Positions 1-9,309 of a stretch of DNA of 64,000 nucleotides are shown one piece after another (within the stretch, counting starts at the first letter, position 1; the number at the start of each line of letters is the position of its first letter). A model generated the notes under the pieces. The model was given only the letters and a program-made list of their open reading frames with translations. It was not told the DNA's origin and searched no databases. Location of the stretch: assembly GCA_963662335.2 (NCBI GenBank), contig CAXXVD010000001.1, forward strand, positions 416,001 to 480,000, given 5' to 3'. The translations under genes were made by a program, and so were the position numbers. This stretch comes from Chloroflexota bacterium. GTDB taxonomy: Bacteria; Chloroflexota; UBA11872; VXOZ01.

Positions 1-8
1 CCGCAACA

Positions 9-1067
9 ATGGCGCATACTATCTTCGGCCTGGAGCGTGGCGCGCTCTACGCTATCCAACTGAACTACCTCACCGACGACGGCTGGGTCTTCTCCGCCCG
101 CGACGCCTACGTCTGGCCCTCAGGAGTTCAGCCGGGTCCGGGCAAGAGAGTGGCAGGCTATCCGTTTGTGGGCCATTTTCCCAGCAGAACCTACACGTAC
201 AGCATCTGCAAGGACACTTTCCATGACACGAATGACACGATTCGAATTGCTTGGGCAGACCTCATTGAGCATGCGTTGGGGCAATGGCAGAAGGCAACCG
301 GCGGTTTCATTTCGATGGTGCGTTCAAATGCAACATGCACAACCTATCCGGAATTTACTCCTACCACTAAGCCCATAGACTGGTGGGTTGAGATTAGCAG
401 CAGGCTGGGTGGAGACGACGGGTTAAGTGAAGTACGCATGGTGGATCCGCCATCTCCAGGCGAACAGGTGCAAGGTTCCTTTATTGAGATGCTTCTAACG
501 GATCCCTTTAAAGCGTGCATTTTGTACCCAGATTTTGTAGCCTGCGCTAGTTCGCATTCCGGCTTCCTAGCACCTCGCCAGCAGGCCAGCACCACTTTGC
601 CGAGTGCAGACATCATCTTCAACCATGATGTAATATATGCTCCCCCAATTGCCACCCCTACTATCGGTCCCAACAAGCCTGACGATGTTGTCTTTAACTC
701 ATGTGTGGACAAATCCACGCTAAGACCCGATCTAGATGATAGCCAGCATCAAGCCTATGCAGCAGCAGTGCATGAGGCGGGACACGCGTTAGGTCTATCA
801 GGGGGACTGCCGTGGAACATTACTTTCGCGCTAGTAGCCTCGGTGCTGACAGCCTACCAGCCACCTGCAACACCGATTAACATCCCATCCGACATTGTGC
901 AGCAGGTATATGAGGCGTCACATGCAGGTACAACCGATGCGGCTATGAACTACGACGAGCACGCAGGAGAGCAAGAGCCAGATTGCGCGCCGCATCCGTT
1001 AGACGTGCTGGCGATCATGGCCTTGTATCAATCGGCGCCAACGCCGACACCGACTCCCTCTCCCTAG
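9..1067 (+). CDS. Zinc metalloprotease (metzincin-like) C-terminal portion; probably 5'-truncated by the window edge
   Basis: HEAGHALGL zinc motif, downstream H...AAMNY Met-turn-like segment and EPDCAPHPLD tail. The frame is open to the window start and is collinear with the second half of the 9310-11263 paralogue. Confidence 0.8.
   Translation: MAHTIFGLERGALYAIQLNYLTDDGWVFSARDAYVWPSGVQPGPGKRVAGYPFVGHFPSRTYTYSICKDTFHDTNDTIRIAWADLIEHALGQWQKATGGFISMVRSNATCTTYPEFTPTTKPIDWWVEISSRLGGDDGLSEVRMVDPPSPGEQVQGSFIEMLLTDPFKACILYPDFVACASSHSGFLAPRQQASTTLPSADIIFNHDVIYAPPIATPTIGPNKPDDVVFNSCVDKSTLRPDLDDSQHQAYAAAVHEAGHALGLSGGLPWNITFALVASVLTAYQPPATPINIPSDIVQQVYEASHAGTTDAAMNYDEHAGEQEPDCAPHPLDVLAIMALYQSAPTPTPTPSP
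27..124 (+). repeat. 98-bp conserved block shared with 10237-10334 (GLERGxLYAIQLNxLTDDGWVFSARDAYVWPSG)
   Basis: Manual alignment gives 6 mismatches in 98 nt; DNA identity falls off soon after. Confidence 0.9.
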
Positions 1068-1086
1068 AGTTGAAGAAGGAACGATC

Positions 1087-3141
1087 ATGTGGAATCGAAT
1101 TAAGGTCGTCGTGGGCTTGGCGGTGCTGGGAAGCGCACTGCTGCTAACGGGGTTGAGTTGTGATGGGCCGCCATATCCGCCGAATGACATTTCTCCTCAT
1201 CCAACGCTCACTTGGTCGCCGGACGGGAAGCACATAATCTTCTCGCCTATAGGTTTGGGGGTCTTTGTGATAGATGCTGCAGGTACGCGCTTGTGGACTT
1301 TTCCTGAGAACAATCCGCTTGGTGACGAATACCTCCCTGGCAACGCCGTGCCGGCGCTCTCTCCCGATGGGTCTCGGATTGCGTTTGTCATGCTCGGGAG
1401 ACGTCACCAAGCAGCGATTTACACGGCAGCGCTCAATGGGACAGCACTACGCAGGCTGACAGATCACGAGGGCTTTTCTTCGAACCCGGTGTGGTCGCCG
1501 GACGGGAGCCGAATCGCCTACACATCAGGTGATAGAGTTGTGCATCTGAAAGTCATGGACGCAGATGGCTCAAACGATCGGATACTCGCGTCGGAGGTTA
1601 GCCTTGAACCGTATCCATTCGGACGACCACCGGAGTGGTCGCCTGACGGTAAGTGGATTGCGTTTGTGAGCCAGGGCGAGAGGAGCGATGAGGAAGGATT
1701 TCTCCTAACTCTATACACGGTCCGGCCGGATGGGTCGGAGTTGAATAGAATAGGGGAACTTGCTCAATGGTGGTTGGACTTGTATAGCAATTCTCCTGTG
1801 GAGAGCACTCCTGTTCTTCGAGGCCCTCCAAATACTAGTATCAGAATCTGGGCCCACATGTGGCGGTGGGCGCCCGATAGCAGTCGGATTGCATTAATCG
1901 GCGCAAGTGAAGTGGATGATGAGGGAAAACAGCGAAATCTCCTCTACACGGTGCGTCCAGATGGGTCAGAACTCACCAGAGTAGCAGAGGCGCATAGTCT
2001 ACCGGTTTGGTCTCCCGACGGCAGCAGTCTTGCTTTCGTGGGCACTGAGGTGGGTAGGGAAGAGGCGCGCCACGACATTCTATACACGGTCCGGCCAGAT
2101 GGGTCTGGATTGACCAGAATAGCCGACATGCTTGGCACGGTGCAGTTGTACGATTCAATAGATAACTTACTGGGCGAGGTTCATGCTTCACCGGCGTGGT
2201 CGCCGGACGGAGAGTGGTTAGCATTCTCAAGGGGTGTTGACGAGGAACGCAGCATCTACGTAGCGCGGTCCGATGGCACGGACCTGCGCAAGCTAGTTCA
2301 TGGGCACAGCAGTCCGGTTTCGTGGTCCCCAGATGGAACGGAGATCTTCTTTCAGGGTATGGAATACGCTGTGCTGGCGGACGGCAGCGGCATGCGCCGC
2401 ATGTTGCAAGACCAGGCACCAAGCCTCTTGACAACGTGGTCCCCGGATGGCTCGCAACTGGCTGTACTTCTCGGCTCACGCAATGGCAGGCATAAGCTAA
2501 TATCAGCGCCCCAAGAGGTGCTATATACGATCACGCGAGACGGAATCGTGAAGCGACTGTTGGTGCGAGGAGATCCGCTACTTCTCGTAGCGGAGCACTC
2601 CAATTGGCGCGATGTGACTAACGATATCGCGTCCTGCGCGGATGGCTACGTTGTGCCGCATGCGGAAACGAATAAGAAACTAGTGCTAGATTGCGAGACG
2701 CTGCTGGCAATGCGGGAAGTGCTCGCCGGAGAAGGTTTTCTGAGCTGGAGCGCCACTGTCCCTATCGAAAACTGGCGCGGTGTCACGGTCGAAGGCTCTC
2801 CAGGTAACCCCTCGCGGGTTACAAACCTGTATCTCACTGACCTGGGACTTACTGGCACAGTGCCGCCAAGACTAGCTGACCTCACCGCGCTGAAGTCCTT
2901 GAATCTCGCAACTAATGCTCTAACAGGAAGCATCCCGCTTGAACTCGCAAACCTTGAAAACCTAGAGTACCTGAACCTCTCAAACAACAACTTGGATGGC
3001 ACCATTCCTCCTGAGTTGGGAGAGCGTGTCAACCTGAGGAGACTGTACCTCCAAGGAAACAACCTAACGGGATGCGTGCCAGCAGCGTTATCCGACCGCT
3101 TGACAGAACTCAAAACCGATGGCTTGGAATACTGCGAGTGA
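1087..3141 (+). CDS. Lipoprotein: TolB/PD40 beta-propeller + ~4 plant-type LRRs (paralogue 1)
   Basis: Signal peptide with GLSC lipobox-like Cys; many WSPDG repeats; DCETLL..LSW..W.GV cap; LxLxxNxLxGxIPxxL repeats; ends GLEYCE; AAGGA RBS upstream. Confidence 0.85.
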   Translation: MWNRIKVVVGLAVLGSALLLTGLSCDGPPYPPNDISPHPTLTWSPDGKHIIFSPIGLGVFVIDAAGTRLWTFPENNPLGDEYLPGNAVPALSPDGSRIAFVMLGRRHQAAIYTAALNGTALRRLTDHEGFSSNPVWSPDGSRIAYTSGDRVVHLKVMDADGSNDRILASEVSLEPYPFGRPPEWSPDGKWIAFVSQGERSDEEGFLLTLYTVRPDGSELNRIGELAQWWLDLYSNSPVESTPVLRGPPNTSIRIWAHMWRWAPDSSRIALIGASEVDDEGKQRNLLYTVRPDGSELTRVAEAHSLPVWSPDGSSLAFVGTEVGREEARHDILYTVRPDGSGLTRIADMLGTVQLYDSIDNLLGEVHASPAWSPDGEWLAFSRGVDEERSIYVARSDGTDLRKLVHGHSSPVSWSPDGTEIFFQGMEYAVLADGSGMRRMLQDQAPSLLTTWSPDGSQLAVLLGSRNGRHKLISAPQEVLYTITRDGIVKRLLVRGDPLLLVAEHSNWRDVTNDIASCADGYVVPHAETNKKLVLDCETLLAMREVLAGEGFLSWSATVPIENWRGVTVEGSPGNPSRVTNLYLTDLGLTGTVPPRLADLTALKSLNLATNALTGSIPLELANLENLEYLNLSNNNLDGTIPPELGERVNLRRLYLQGNNLTGCVPAALSDRLTELKTDGLEYCE

Positions 3142-3189
3142 CGCAAGATTGCGCTTGGTGCAGAGATGGAACTAGACCATGAATTGGCT
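3116..3189 (+). repeat. 74-bp direct repeat shared with 4956-5029 (gene end plus intergenic junction)
   Basis: ccgatggcttggaatactgcgagtga(c/t)gcaagattgcgcttggtgcag(a/t)gatggaactagaccatgaatt(g/a)gct; 3 mismatches. Confidence 0.9.
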
Positions 3190-3279
3190 GAACAACAAAG
3201 CAAACTCAAAGAGCCAGATTGCGCGCCGTACCCGTTGGACGTGCTGGCGATCATGGCGCTGTATCAATCGGCGCGGTAG
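3166..3279 (+). pseudogene. Relic of metalloprotease 3' end (37-aa open frame MELDHELAEQQSKLKEPDCAPYPLDVLAIMALYQSAR)
   Basis: Translated by hand; nearly identical to the EPDCAPHPLDVLAIMALYQSA tail of ORF 9-1067. Confidence 0.85.
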
Positions 3280-3295
3280 CAAGCGGAGGAACTTG

Positions 3296-4981
3296 ATGAA
3301 ATCAAAGGGAATCCTAGTTGCTCTGACGTTACTCGGGGGCGTGTTGCTTATAGGCTTGGCGGCAGGCTGTTACCCCGTAGAAGAGGAATATCGCGACTAT
3401 CAAGAGACAAGACTCTTCTGGTCGCCGGACGGCAGGCACATAATTCTTGCGCGTGACTTTACAGGGATTTTTGTGATTGATGAGGCAGGGACGCGACTGC
3501 GTACTGTCGATGGAGGCTGGGCGACTGGTGGATCACTGTCTTCAGCCAGCTTTGGGGCGACACTATCCCCCAATGGGTCGCGCATAGCGTACGTTGAGGA
3601 ATTGCGCTCCAACGACCTAGCCATCGTAACAGTGGCCCTGGACGGCACCGACAAGCGCCGCCTTACACCCATTGGCGCCAAAGAATCACTAAACTCCAAC
3701 CCTGTGTGGTCACCCGACGGACTGCAAATTGCTTTCACATCGGATGCAAGGCTCATGGTTATGGATGCGGACGGGTCGAACCTCCGAATGCTGGCGCCGT
3801 CCGTAGGGCTGGAGGAACGACCAGCGGGCAGGGGACAACCACCGGCGTGGTCGCCTGACGGCAGTCGCATCGCATTTGTAGGCGCTGCAGCGGATTACGA
3901 TGAAGGCTACGAGTTCACGCTCTACACAGTGCAACCGGATGGGGAAGAGCTAGTCGCTATAGGAAAACTGGCACTCAACTGGGCGTGGTGGTGGTCCCCT
4001 GACGGCAGTCGCCTCGCACTCTTGGCTGCGGAGATAGGTGAAGCAGGTGAGCGCGGCGAAGTCCTCTACACGGTGCAACCTGACGGGTCCGACTTGGCCA
4101 GGATAGGGGAAGGCTTCGTTCAACCGGCGTGGTCACCGAACGGCGCGTGGTTGGCATTCGTGCAGAAAAGTGCAGAAGAGAGCAGCGTCTACATCGCAAG
4201 ACACGACGGCTCGGACGTGCGGCAGGTTGCTCGTGGCTATGGGGGGCCGATTTCATGGTCGCTGGATGGCACCGAATTGTTCATTGAAGGATTAGCGTAC
4301 GCGGTGCGATCCGATGGCAGCGGTCTACGCCAATTGGTTCCGGGCGGGATAGGTGGACTGTTTGCCTGGTCTCCCGACGCTTCGCGGCTTGCTGTCTTCA
4401 CCGGTATTTCCGATGATTTCCAACAAGAGGTGGTCTTTACGCTCTCCCGAGACGCGACGGAAAAGCGTGTACTAGTGCGGGGTAATCACAGCGGTCTAGT
4501 TGCGGAACACTCGGATTGGCGTGATGTGTCTCGTGCCAGCGAGGCGTGTGCACAAGGACCTGCCGTGCCGTATCCCGATACAAACTCGGCATTGGTGCCG
4601 GACTGTGAGACGCTGTTAATGCTACGGGACAAGCTGGCCGGAGACGCCTTTCTGAACTGGAGTGTCGCCGTTCCCATAACTGCATGGCAAGGAGTCCATC
4701 TTGAAGGCTCACCAGGAAACCCCTCGCGAGTTACAGGTCTTCTTCTTGATGATGTAGGCCTAACCGGTACCATCCCGCCAGAGTTGGGCAATCTCACCGG
4801 CCTACAGCGGCTAGACCTCAGCAACAATGACCTGAGGGGTGACGTCCCACCGGAACTGGGCGATCTCTTCGCTCTCCAGGTCTTGTATCTTCACGGAAAC
4901 TCTCTGACTGGGTGTGTACCCGCGGTCCTCTCTGATCACTTAAGGGTAATGGAGGCCGATGGCTTGGAATACTGCGAGTGA
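3296..4981 (+). CDS. Lipoprotein: TolB/PD40 beta-propeller + ~3 LRRs (paralogue 2)
   Basis: Start moved to ATG 3296 (GGAGG RBS; MKSKGILVALTLLGG...LAAGC lipobox); WSPDG repeats; LRRs; ends GLEYCE. Confidence 0.85.
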   Translation: MKSKGILVALTLLGGVLLIGLAAGCYPVEEEYRDYQETRLFWSPDGRHIILARDFTGIFVIDEAGTRLRTVDGGWATGGSLSSASFGATLSPNGSRIAYVEELRSNDLAIVTVALDGTDKRRLTPIGAKESLNSNPVWSPDGLQIAFTSDARLMVMDADGSNLRMLAPSVGLEERPAGRGQPPAWSPDGSRIAFVGAAADYDEGYEFTLYTVQPDGEELVAIGKLALNWAWWWSPDGSRLALLAAEIGEAGERGEVLYTVQPDGSDLARIGEGFVQPAWSPNGAWLAFVQKSAEESSVYIARHDGSDVRQVARGYGGPISWSLDGTELFIEGLAYAVRSDGSGLRQLVPGGIGGLFAWSPDASRLAVFTGISDDFQQEVVFTLSRDATEKRVLVRGNHSGLVAEHSDWRDVSRASEACAQGPAVPYPDTNSALVPDCETLLMLRDKLAGDAFLNWSVAVPITAWQGVHLEGSPGNPSRVTGLLLDDVGLTGTIPPELGNLTGLQRLDLSNNDLRGDVPPELGDLFALQVLYLHGNSLTGCVPAVLSDHLRVMEADGLEYCE

Positions 4982-5005
4982 TGCAAGATTGCGCTTGGTG
5001 CAGTG

Positions 5006-5124
5006 ATGGAACTAGACCATGAATTAGCTAGGACAAAAGGGGCTTTAAGGAACCGGATTGCTCACCGCATCCGCTGGACGTGCTGGTGATTATGGCCCTG
5101 TACCAGTCGACGACACCACCATAG
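5006..5124 (+). pseudogene. Second relic of metalloprotease 3' end, frameshifted (..KEPDCSPHPLDVLVIMALYQSTTPP*)
   Basis: Hand translation from 5050; same tail motif, out of frame with the upstream ATG at 5006. Confidence 0.8.
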
Positions 5125-5137
5125 GGAGACGAACGCA

Positions 5138-7033
5138 ATGAGGTTGTTGAAACTGAATCTGCGCAAGGTTAGGGTAGGCCTAGTCTTGCTGGGAAGCGCG
5201 CTTCTCATGGCTTCTTCCCCGGGGGCCTGCGGTAGTAGCACCTCTGAATCGCCATTCCCGGCAGCATTCACTGGGGCCCCGAGTGTGGCCTACTTAGCTG
5301 AGGTTCCAAGTCTACTGTGGTCGCGGAACAGCGAGCACATCGTCTTCTCAAGGGGTTTACACGGGGTCTTCGTGGTAGACGCGGCAGGGAGGCGCTTGCG
5401 GGCCTTTCCCGAATACGCGCCGACAGTCGGAGACTATTACAACCCGGGGGCATTTGCCCCGGCGCTCTCTACCGATGGGACGCGAATGGCGTATAGCGTG
5501 TTTGTACCGACCAACGGCGCCCAAATCGAGACTGCAGCGTTCGATGGGTCTGACGTGCAACGGGTGACAACTTTCCGAGATCTCGATGGTGACGGAAGGA
5601 CCGATACCGTCCAAAATACGAATCCGGCTTGGTCACCGGATGGAGAAAAGATCGCCTTTGTTTCAGACCGCAGACTCTCCACTATGGCTGTGGATGGGTC
5701 AAACGCGCGGACACTCTCGCTCTTGGTAAGACTCGATCGACATCAGTCACCTCATTGGTCGCCGGATGGCACTCACATTGCGTTTGTCGGCTTCGACAAG
5801 GAATACAACCCTGGCTTTTACACGGTTCGGCTCGATGGCTACGAACTGACCCGCTTGGCGGATGCCCGTGCGTCCTCTGTAGCGGCCCCGGTGTGGTCGC
5901 CGAATGGCGGTTGGCTTGCGCTCGCCACTGTTGAAACCGACGCCGAAGGAACTAAACACGATGTTCTCTATACGGTGCGACCGGATGGGTCGTTCCTAAC
6001 CAGAGTAACACCTACAGATTATGGCGGCTCCGTGTTCGCGTGGTCGCCTGACGGCGACTGGTTGGCATTTTCGAACGGTCAGACAGTCTATGTCACGCGA
6101 CCCAATGGCGCCGAGTTGCGGCAGGTGGCAATTGGCAATGGCGTACCGCTGGTGTGGACGCCGGATGGAGAAGAAATCCTCATCAAAAGGCTAGGCCACG
6201 CTGTGCGGGCGGACGGCGGCGGGTTACGCGAGTGGGTTTCGGGCGGCGTGCCAGGCATTGTGCGAACCGCGTGGTCCCCCGACGGTTCGCGGCTAGCCGT
6301 TCTATCCGCTCCTGAGAGCCATAGCCTAATGCTGTATACGATAGCGCGAGACGGGATGGACAAACAGCTAGTGGCACGGGGAGGTGGAAGTCGCTTGGTT
6401 GCGGAGCACTCGGATTGGCGCGATGTGTCCGATGACATTGCAGCCTGCACGGAACAATATAAGCGCAACCCAGCCTTGGTGGAAGACTGCCAGACGCTGC
6501 TGAGCATACGCGATACATTGGCCGGGGAGACCCTTCTGAACTGGAGCGCTGACGTTCACATAGGGGACTGGGAAGGGGTCTCAATTGAAGGTGGCGAGGG
6601 AGCCGACCTTCGTCCGCCGCGCGTTCGGAAGTTGGTGTTATCAGGGGAGTATTCTCATGCGTTTATTACAGGGGTAATCCCACCAAAGATAGGCGCCCTT
6701 GGCGAGTTGGAGTTCTTGAACCTATCAAGAAATAGCTTGACCGGCGGCATCCCGCCAGAGTTGAGCATGCTCAGTAAGCTGGAGACGCTGTATCTCGAAG
6801 ACAACAACCTTACGGGCAGCATCCCGCCGGAACTAGGGAACCTTGCGAGCCTGAAGTACCTATCCCTCAGTGGCAATACGCTCAGCGGAGACGTCCCGCC
6901 GGAATTGGGCAACCTGGAGAACCTGAGAACGTTAGAACTTCACCGCAACTACGACCTGAGCGGCTGTGTGCCTGCCGTGCTAGCCAGCCGCTTGACTCAG
7001 GAGTATGGCACTGGCTTGGAATACTGCGAGTGA
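5138..7033 (+). CDS. Lipoprotein: TolB/PD40 beta-propeller + ~5 LRRs (paralogue 3)
   Basis: Signal peptide with GAC; WSPDG repeats; LRR cap and repeats; ends GLEYCE. Confidence 0.85.
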   Translation: MRLLKLNLRKVRVGLVLLGSALLMASSPGACGSSTSESPFPAAFTGAPSVAYLAEVPSLLWSRNSEHIVFSRGLHGVFVVDAAGRRLRAFPEYAPTVGDYYNPGAFAPALSTDGTRMAYSVFVPTNGAQIETAAFDGSDVQRVTTFRDLDGDGRTDTVQNTNPAWSPDGEKIAFVSDRRLSTMAVDGSNARTLSLLVRLDRHQSPHWSPDGTHIAFVGFDKEYNPGFYTVRLDGYELTRLADARASSVAAPVWSPNGGWLALATVETDAEGTKHDVLYTVRPDGSFLTRVTPTDYGGSVFAWSPDGDWLAFSNGQTVYVTRPNGAELRQVAIGNGVPLVWTPDGEEILIKRLGHAVRADGGGLREWVSGGVPGIVRTAWSPDGSRLAVLSAPESHSLMLYTIARDGMDKQLVARGGGSRLVAEHSDWRDVSDDIAACTEQYKRNPALVEDCQTLLSIRDTLAGETLLNWSADVHIGDWEGVSIEGGEGADLRPPRVRKLVLSGEYSHAFITGVIPPKIGALGELEFLNLSRNSLTGGIPPELSMLSKLETLYLEDNNLTGSIPPELGNLASLKYLSLSGNTLSGDVPPELGNLENLRTLELHRNYDLSGCVPAVLASRLTQEYGTGLEYCE

Positions 7034-7079
7034 CGGCAAGACTATGGTGGATCACATTCTGCATCGAGGCAAGTCAGAG

Positions 7080-9287
7080 ATGCCGCGGTTGAGATACGCG
7101 CTCCGGGTCTTGAGCTTCCTGGGGCTGCTCCTTCTCGGTCTGGCTGCCGCGTGCGGCGGCCAAGGGGATAACGATCACGATAGGCGTAAGAATGTAGATT
7201 CGCCCGTGGCCGGGACTCTGGCGCCGCCCCAGGTTAGCGATCCAGACGCACCGCAGGACACACAGGTCCAGGCCTCTAGCGATGCAAAAGCAGGCAGTCA
7301 GCCCTGCTCTGAGGATGCGGGGGAATCTTGCAGACCTCGCGAGGTCAGCGGCCTCAACCTCTTCGAGCCAAGGCCGCCGGCAGCCGGGTACTACATCCAG
7401 TCCGATGCCGACAGTGTAGAGGCAGTCCTGGAGAAAGGCCTGCGGTTGGCGGAGGCGTCTCCAGTGCACATCGCAATTCGCGGGAGAACAGCGGGTAGTA
7501 CCTTCCGCTGCGCGTGGCGCGGCGTAGCCAGAACCGCCGGCCAGCGAGAGCGGGCGGTCCGTTACTGGTTGGGTTTGGCCGCTACCGATGCCCTGCCGTC
7601 GGCGACCGAGGTCGAACGCCGGTTCATGCAGTCGATCAACAACGCAAGCCTCCAATTTCTGGAAACTGAGAAAGCGAACTTCAAGACTTTGGCTCGTGGC
7701 GGGTTGACGACCGAATACCTCTTCCTGACCTGCTACGCCGACTACGCCATCCGGGAATACTTGCTGGGCGCGGGGCCGTCCACTCTGACCGTGGCGTACG
7801 ACCACATGGCGGAAGCTCGCTCCTACGACCTCTACAAACGCGCGCACACGGCGGGCGAATTCGGCAACACGGCCCTGCTGGGCAAAAGCGCCTACCAGGT
7901 TGCGCTGGAAAACGCCGCGTGGGCCGTTGAGTCGTCGCTGAGCGCCATCGTGGGGGACCGCCAGACCGTGGTCTTCCTGGCTCCTATGGCTGCGCATCAT
8001 GCCATTGCCATCGAGGCCTGGCAGGCGATCGACCAGTGGGACGTGCAGTTGGTGAACGGCACGCTGAACGCGGTGCGCTTCGGGGCCTATCCCGGCGATC
8101 CGGAGCACACCCAATCGCTGAACAACCTGCGCAACCGCGTCACCAGCGCGGCGAGCACGGACTCCTTTGCCGGCAAGCGCATCGGCAACGTCAGCGGCCT
8201 GCGCACGTACTATACCGACATCGGCGCGTACGGCGACATCACACCCGACGACGGCAAGACCGATACCTTCACCCCCAGCCAACCGCCGCCGGTGCTGCCC
8301 TGCGAGAACGGCACCGCCGTCCCGAACCCCAGCGCCAACCCCGGCCTGGTCTTCGATTGCCGCACCTTGCTGGGGCTGAAGAGCACGCTGGCCGGTTCCG
8401 CTACCCTGAACTGGAGCGGCAGCACGGCTATCACCGCGTGGGACGGCGTGCTGGTCGGCGGCTCGCCCCAGCGCGTCAACCGCCTCTCCCTGAACGGCAA
8501 GCAACTGAACGGCCGCATCCCGCCTGAGCTCGCCAACCTCACCAAACTCCACTTCCTCTACCTGCGGAACAACCGCCTGCAGGGCGCAATCCCGCCGGAA
8601 CTGGGCAATATGGCCGAACTCCAACACCTCTACCTGAACCAAAACTGGCTCACCGGCGCCATCCCCGCCGAACTCGGCAACCTGGCCAATCTCACCCGCC
8701 TCTTCCTGGACCGCAATCAACTCTCCGGCGCCATCCCCAAAGAACTCGGCGGCATGGCGAGACTCCATCAACTCTACCTGAACCACAACCGCCTGACCGG
8801 CAGCATCCCGAAAGAATTGGGCAACCTGAGCAAACTCTGGTACCTCTACCTGGAACACAACGAACTGACCGGCAGCATTCCCAAGGAACTGGGCAAACTG
8901 TCCATCCTCACGCGGATGGACCTCTACGACAACCGGTTGAGCGGCGCCATCCCCAAAGAACTGGGCGGCCTGACACTGGTCACCCGCCTGGACCTGAGCA
9001 AGAACAAACTCACCGGCGCCATTCCCCCGGAACTGGGCACTATGGCCAAGCTGGAGTTCCTCTACCTGCACTGCAATGCGCTGACCGGCACAATCCCCGC
9101 CGCCCTGGGCAACATCACCACCCTGCGGGAACTCTACCTGCTGGGCAACACGATCACCGGCGACGTCCCCGCCACCCTCGCCGGCGTCGACGTGCGCACG
9201 GGCGCGTCGTCGGTCTGCACCTCGGTTTCCCCAACTCCCACGCCGTTCCCCACGCCGACGCCGACACCCACGCCCGCCTCCGGCTGA
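7080..9287 (+). CDS. Lipoprotein: unrecognised N-terminal domain + ~10 plant-type 24-aa LRRs + Pro/Thr tail
   Basis: LAAAC lipobox after a hydrophobic stretch (start 7080, alternatively 7044); regular LxxLYLxxNxLTGxIPxELG repeats at ~8470-9180; PTPTP tail. Confidence 0.85.
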   Translation: MPRLRYALRVLSFLGLLLLGLAAACGGQGDNDHDRRKNVDSPVAGTLAPPQVSDPDAPQDTQVQASSDAKAGSQPCSEDAGESCRPREVSGLNLFEPRPPAAGYYIQSDADSVEAVLEKGLRLAEASPVHIAIRGRTAGSTFRCAWRGVARTAGQRERAVRYWLGLAATDALPSATEVERRFMQSINNASLQFLETEKANFKTLARGGLTTEYLFLTCYADYAIREYLLGAGPSTLTVAYDHMAEARSYDLYKRAHTAGEFGNTALLGKSAYQVALENAAWAVESSLSAIVGDRQTVVFLAPMAAHHAIAIEAWQAIDQWDVQLVNGTLNAVRFGAYPGDPEHTQSLNNLRNRVTSAASTDSFAGKRIGNVSGLRTYYTDIGAYGDITPDDGKTDTFTPSQPPPVLPCENGTAVPNPSANPGLVFDCRTLLGLKSTLAGSATLNWSGSTAITAWDGVLVGGSPQRVNRLSLNGKQLNGRIPPELANLTKLHFLYLRNNRLQGAIPPELGNMAELQHLYLNQNWLTGAIPAELGNLANLTRLFLDRNQLSGAIPKELGGMARLHQLYLNHNRLTGSIPKELGNLSKLWYLYLEHNELTGSIPKELGKLSILTRMDLYDNRLSGAIPKELGGLTLVTRLDLSKNKLTGAIPPELGTMAKLEFLYLHCNALTGTIPAALGNITTLRELYLLGNTITGDVPATLAGVDVRTGASSVCTSVSPTPTPFPTPTPTPTPASG
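9080..9287 (+). repeat. ~208-bp segment duplicated at 13215-13422 (last LRR + PT tail)
   Basis: Near-identical DNA and protein (TIPxALGNITTLRELYLLGNTITGDVP..ASG*); weaker similarity continues ~40 bp past the stop. Confidence 0.9.
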
Positions 9288-9309
9288 ACCGCGGCCTAAT
9301 CAACTGCTC

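Noticed and set aside
3179-3295. N-terminal extensions of ORFs 3179, 7005 and 11175 given in the ORF track
   Set aside because: They are off-frame readings of the protease tail or the previous gene end; the signal peptides, and for 3296 and 11304 an RBS, point to 3296, 7080 and 11304.
1087-7033. Calling the propeller genes tolB (Tol-Pal system)
   Set aside because: Only PD40 repeats are shared; there is no TolB N-domain or tolQRA/pal context, and the proteins are LRR-fused lipoproteins.
7074-9071. Long antisense ORFs (also 13488-14966, 16965-18710, 23904-25415, 31796-33448, 46949-48343 and others)
   Set aside because: Shadow frames of well-supported high-GC genes on the opposite strand, with no recognisable motifs.
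9285-9299. Selenocysteine or stop read-through at the TGA fusing the LRR and FN3 genes
   Set aside because: An in-frame TAA follows within four codons and the FN3 ORF is in a different frame.
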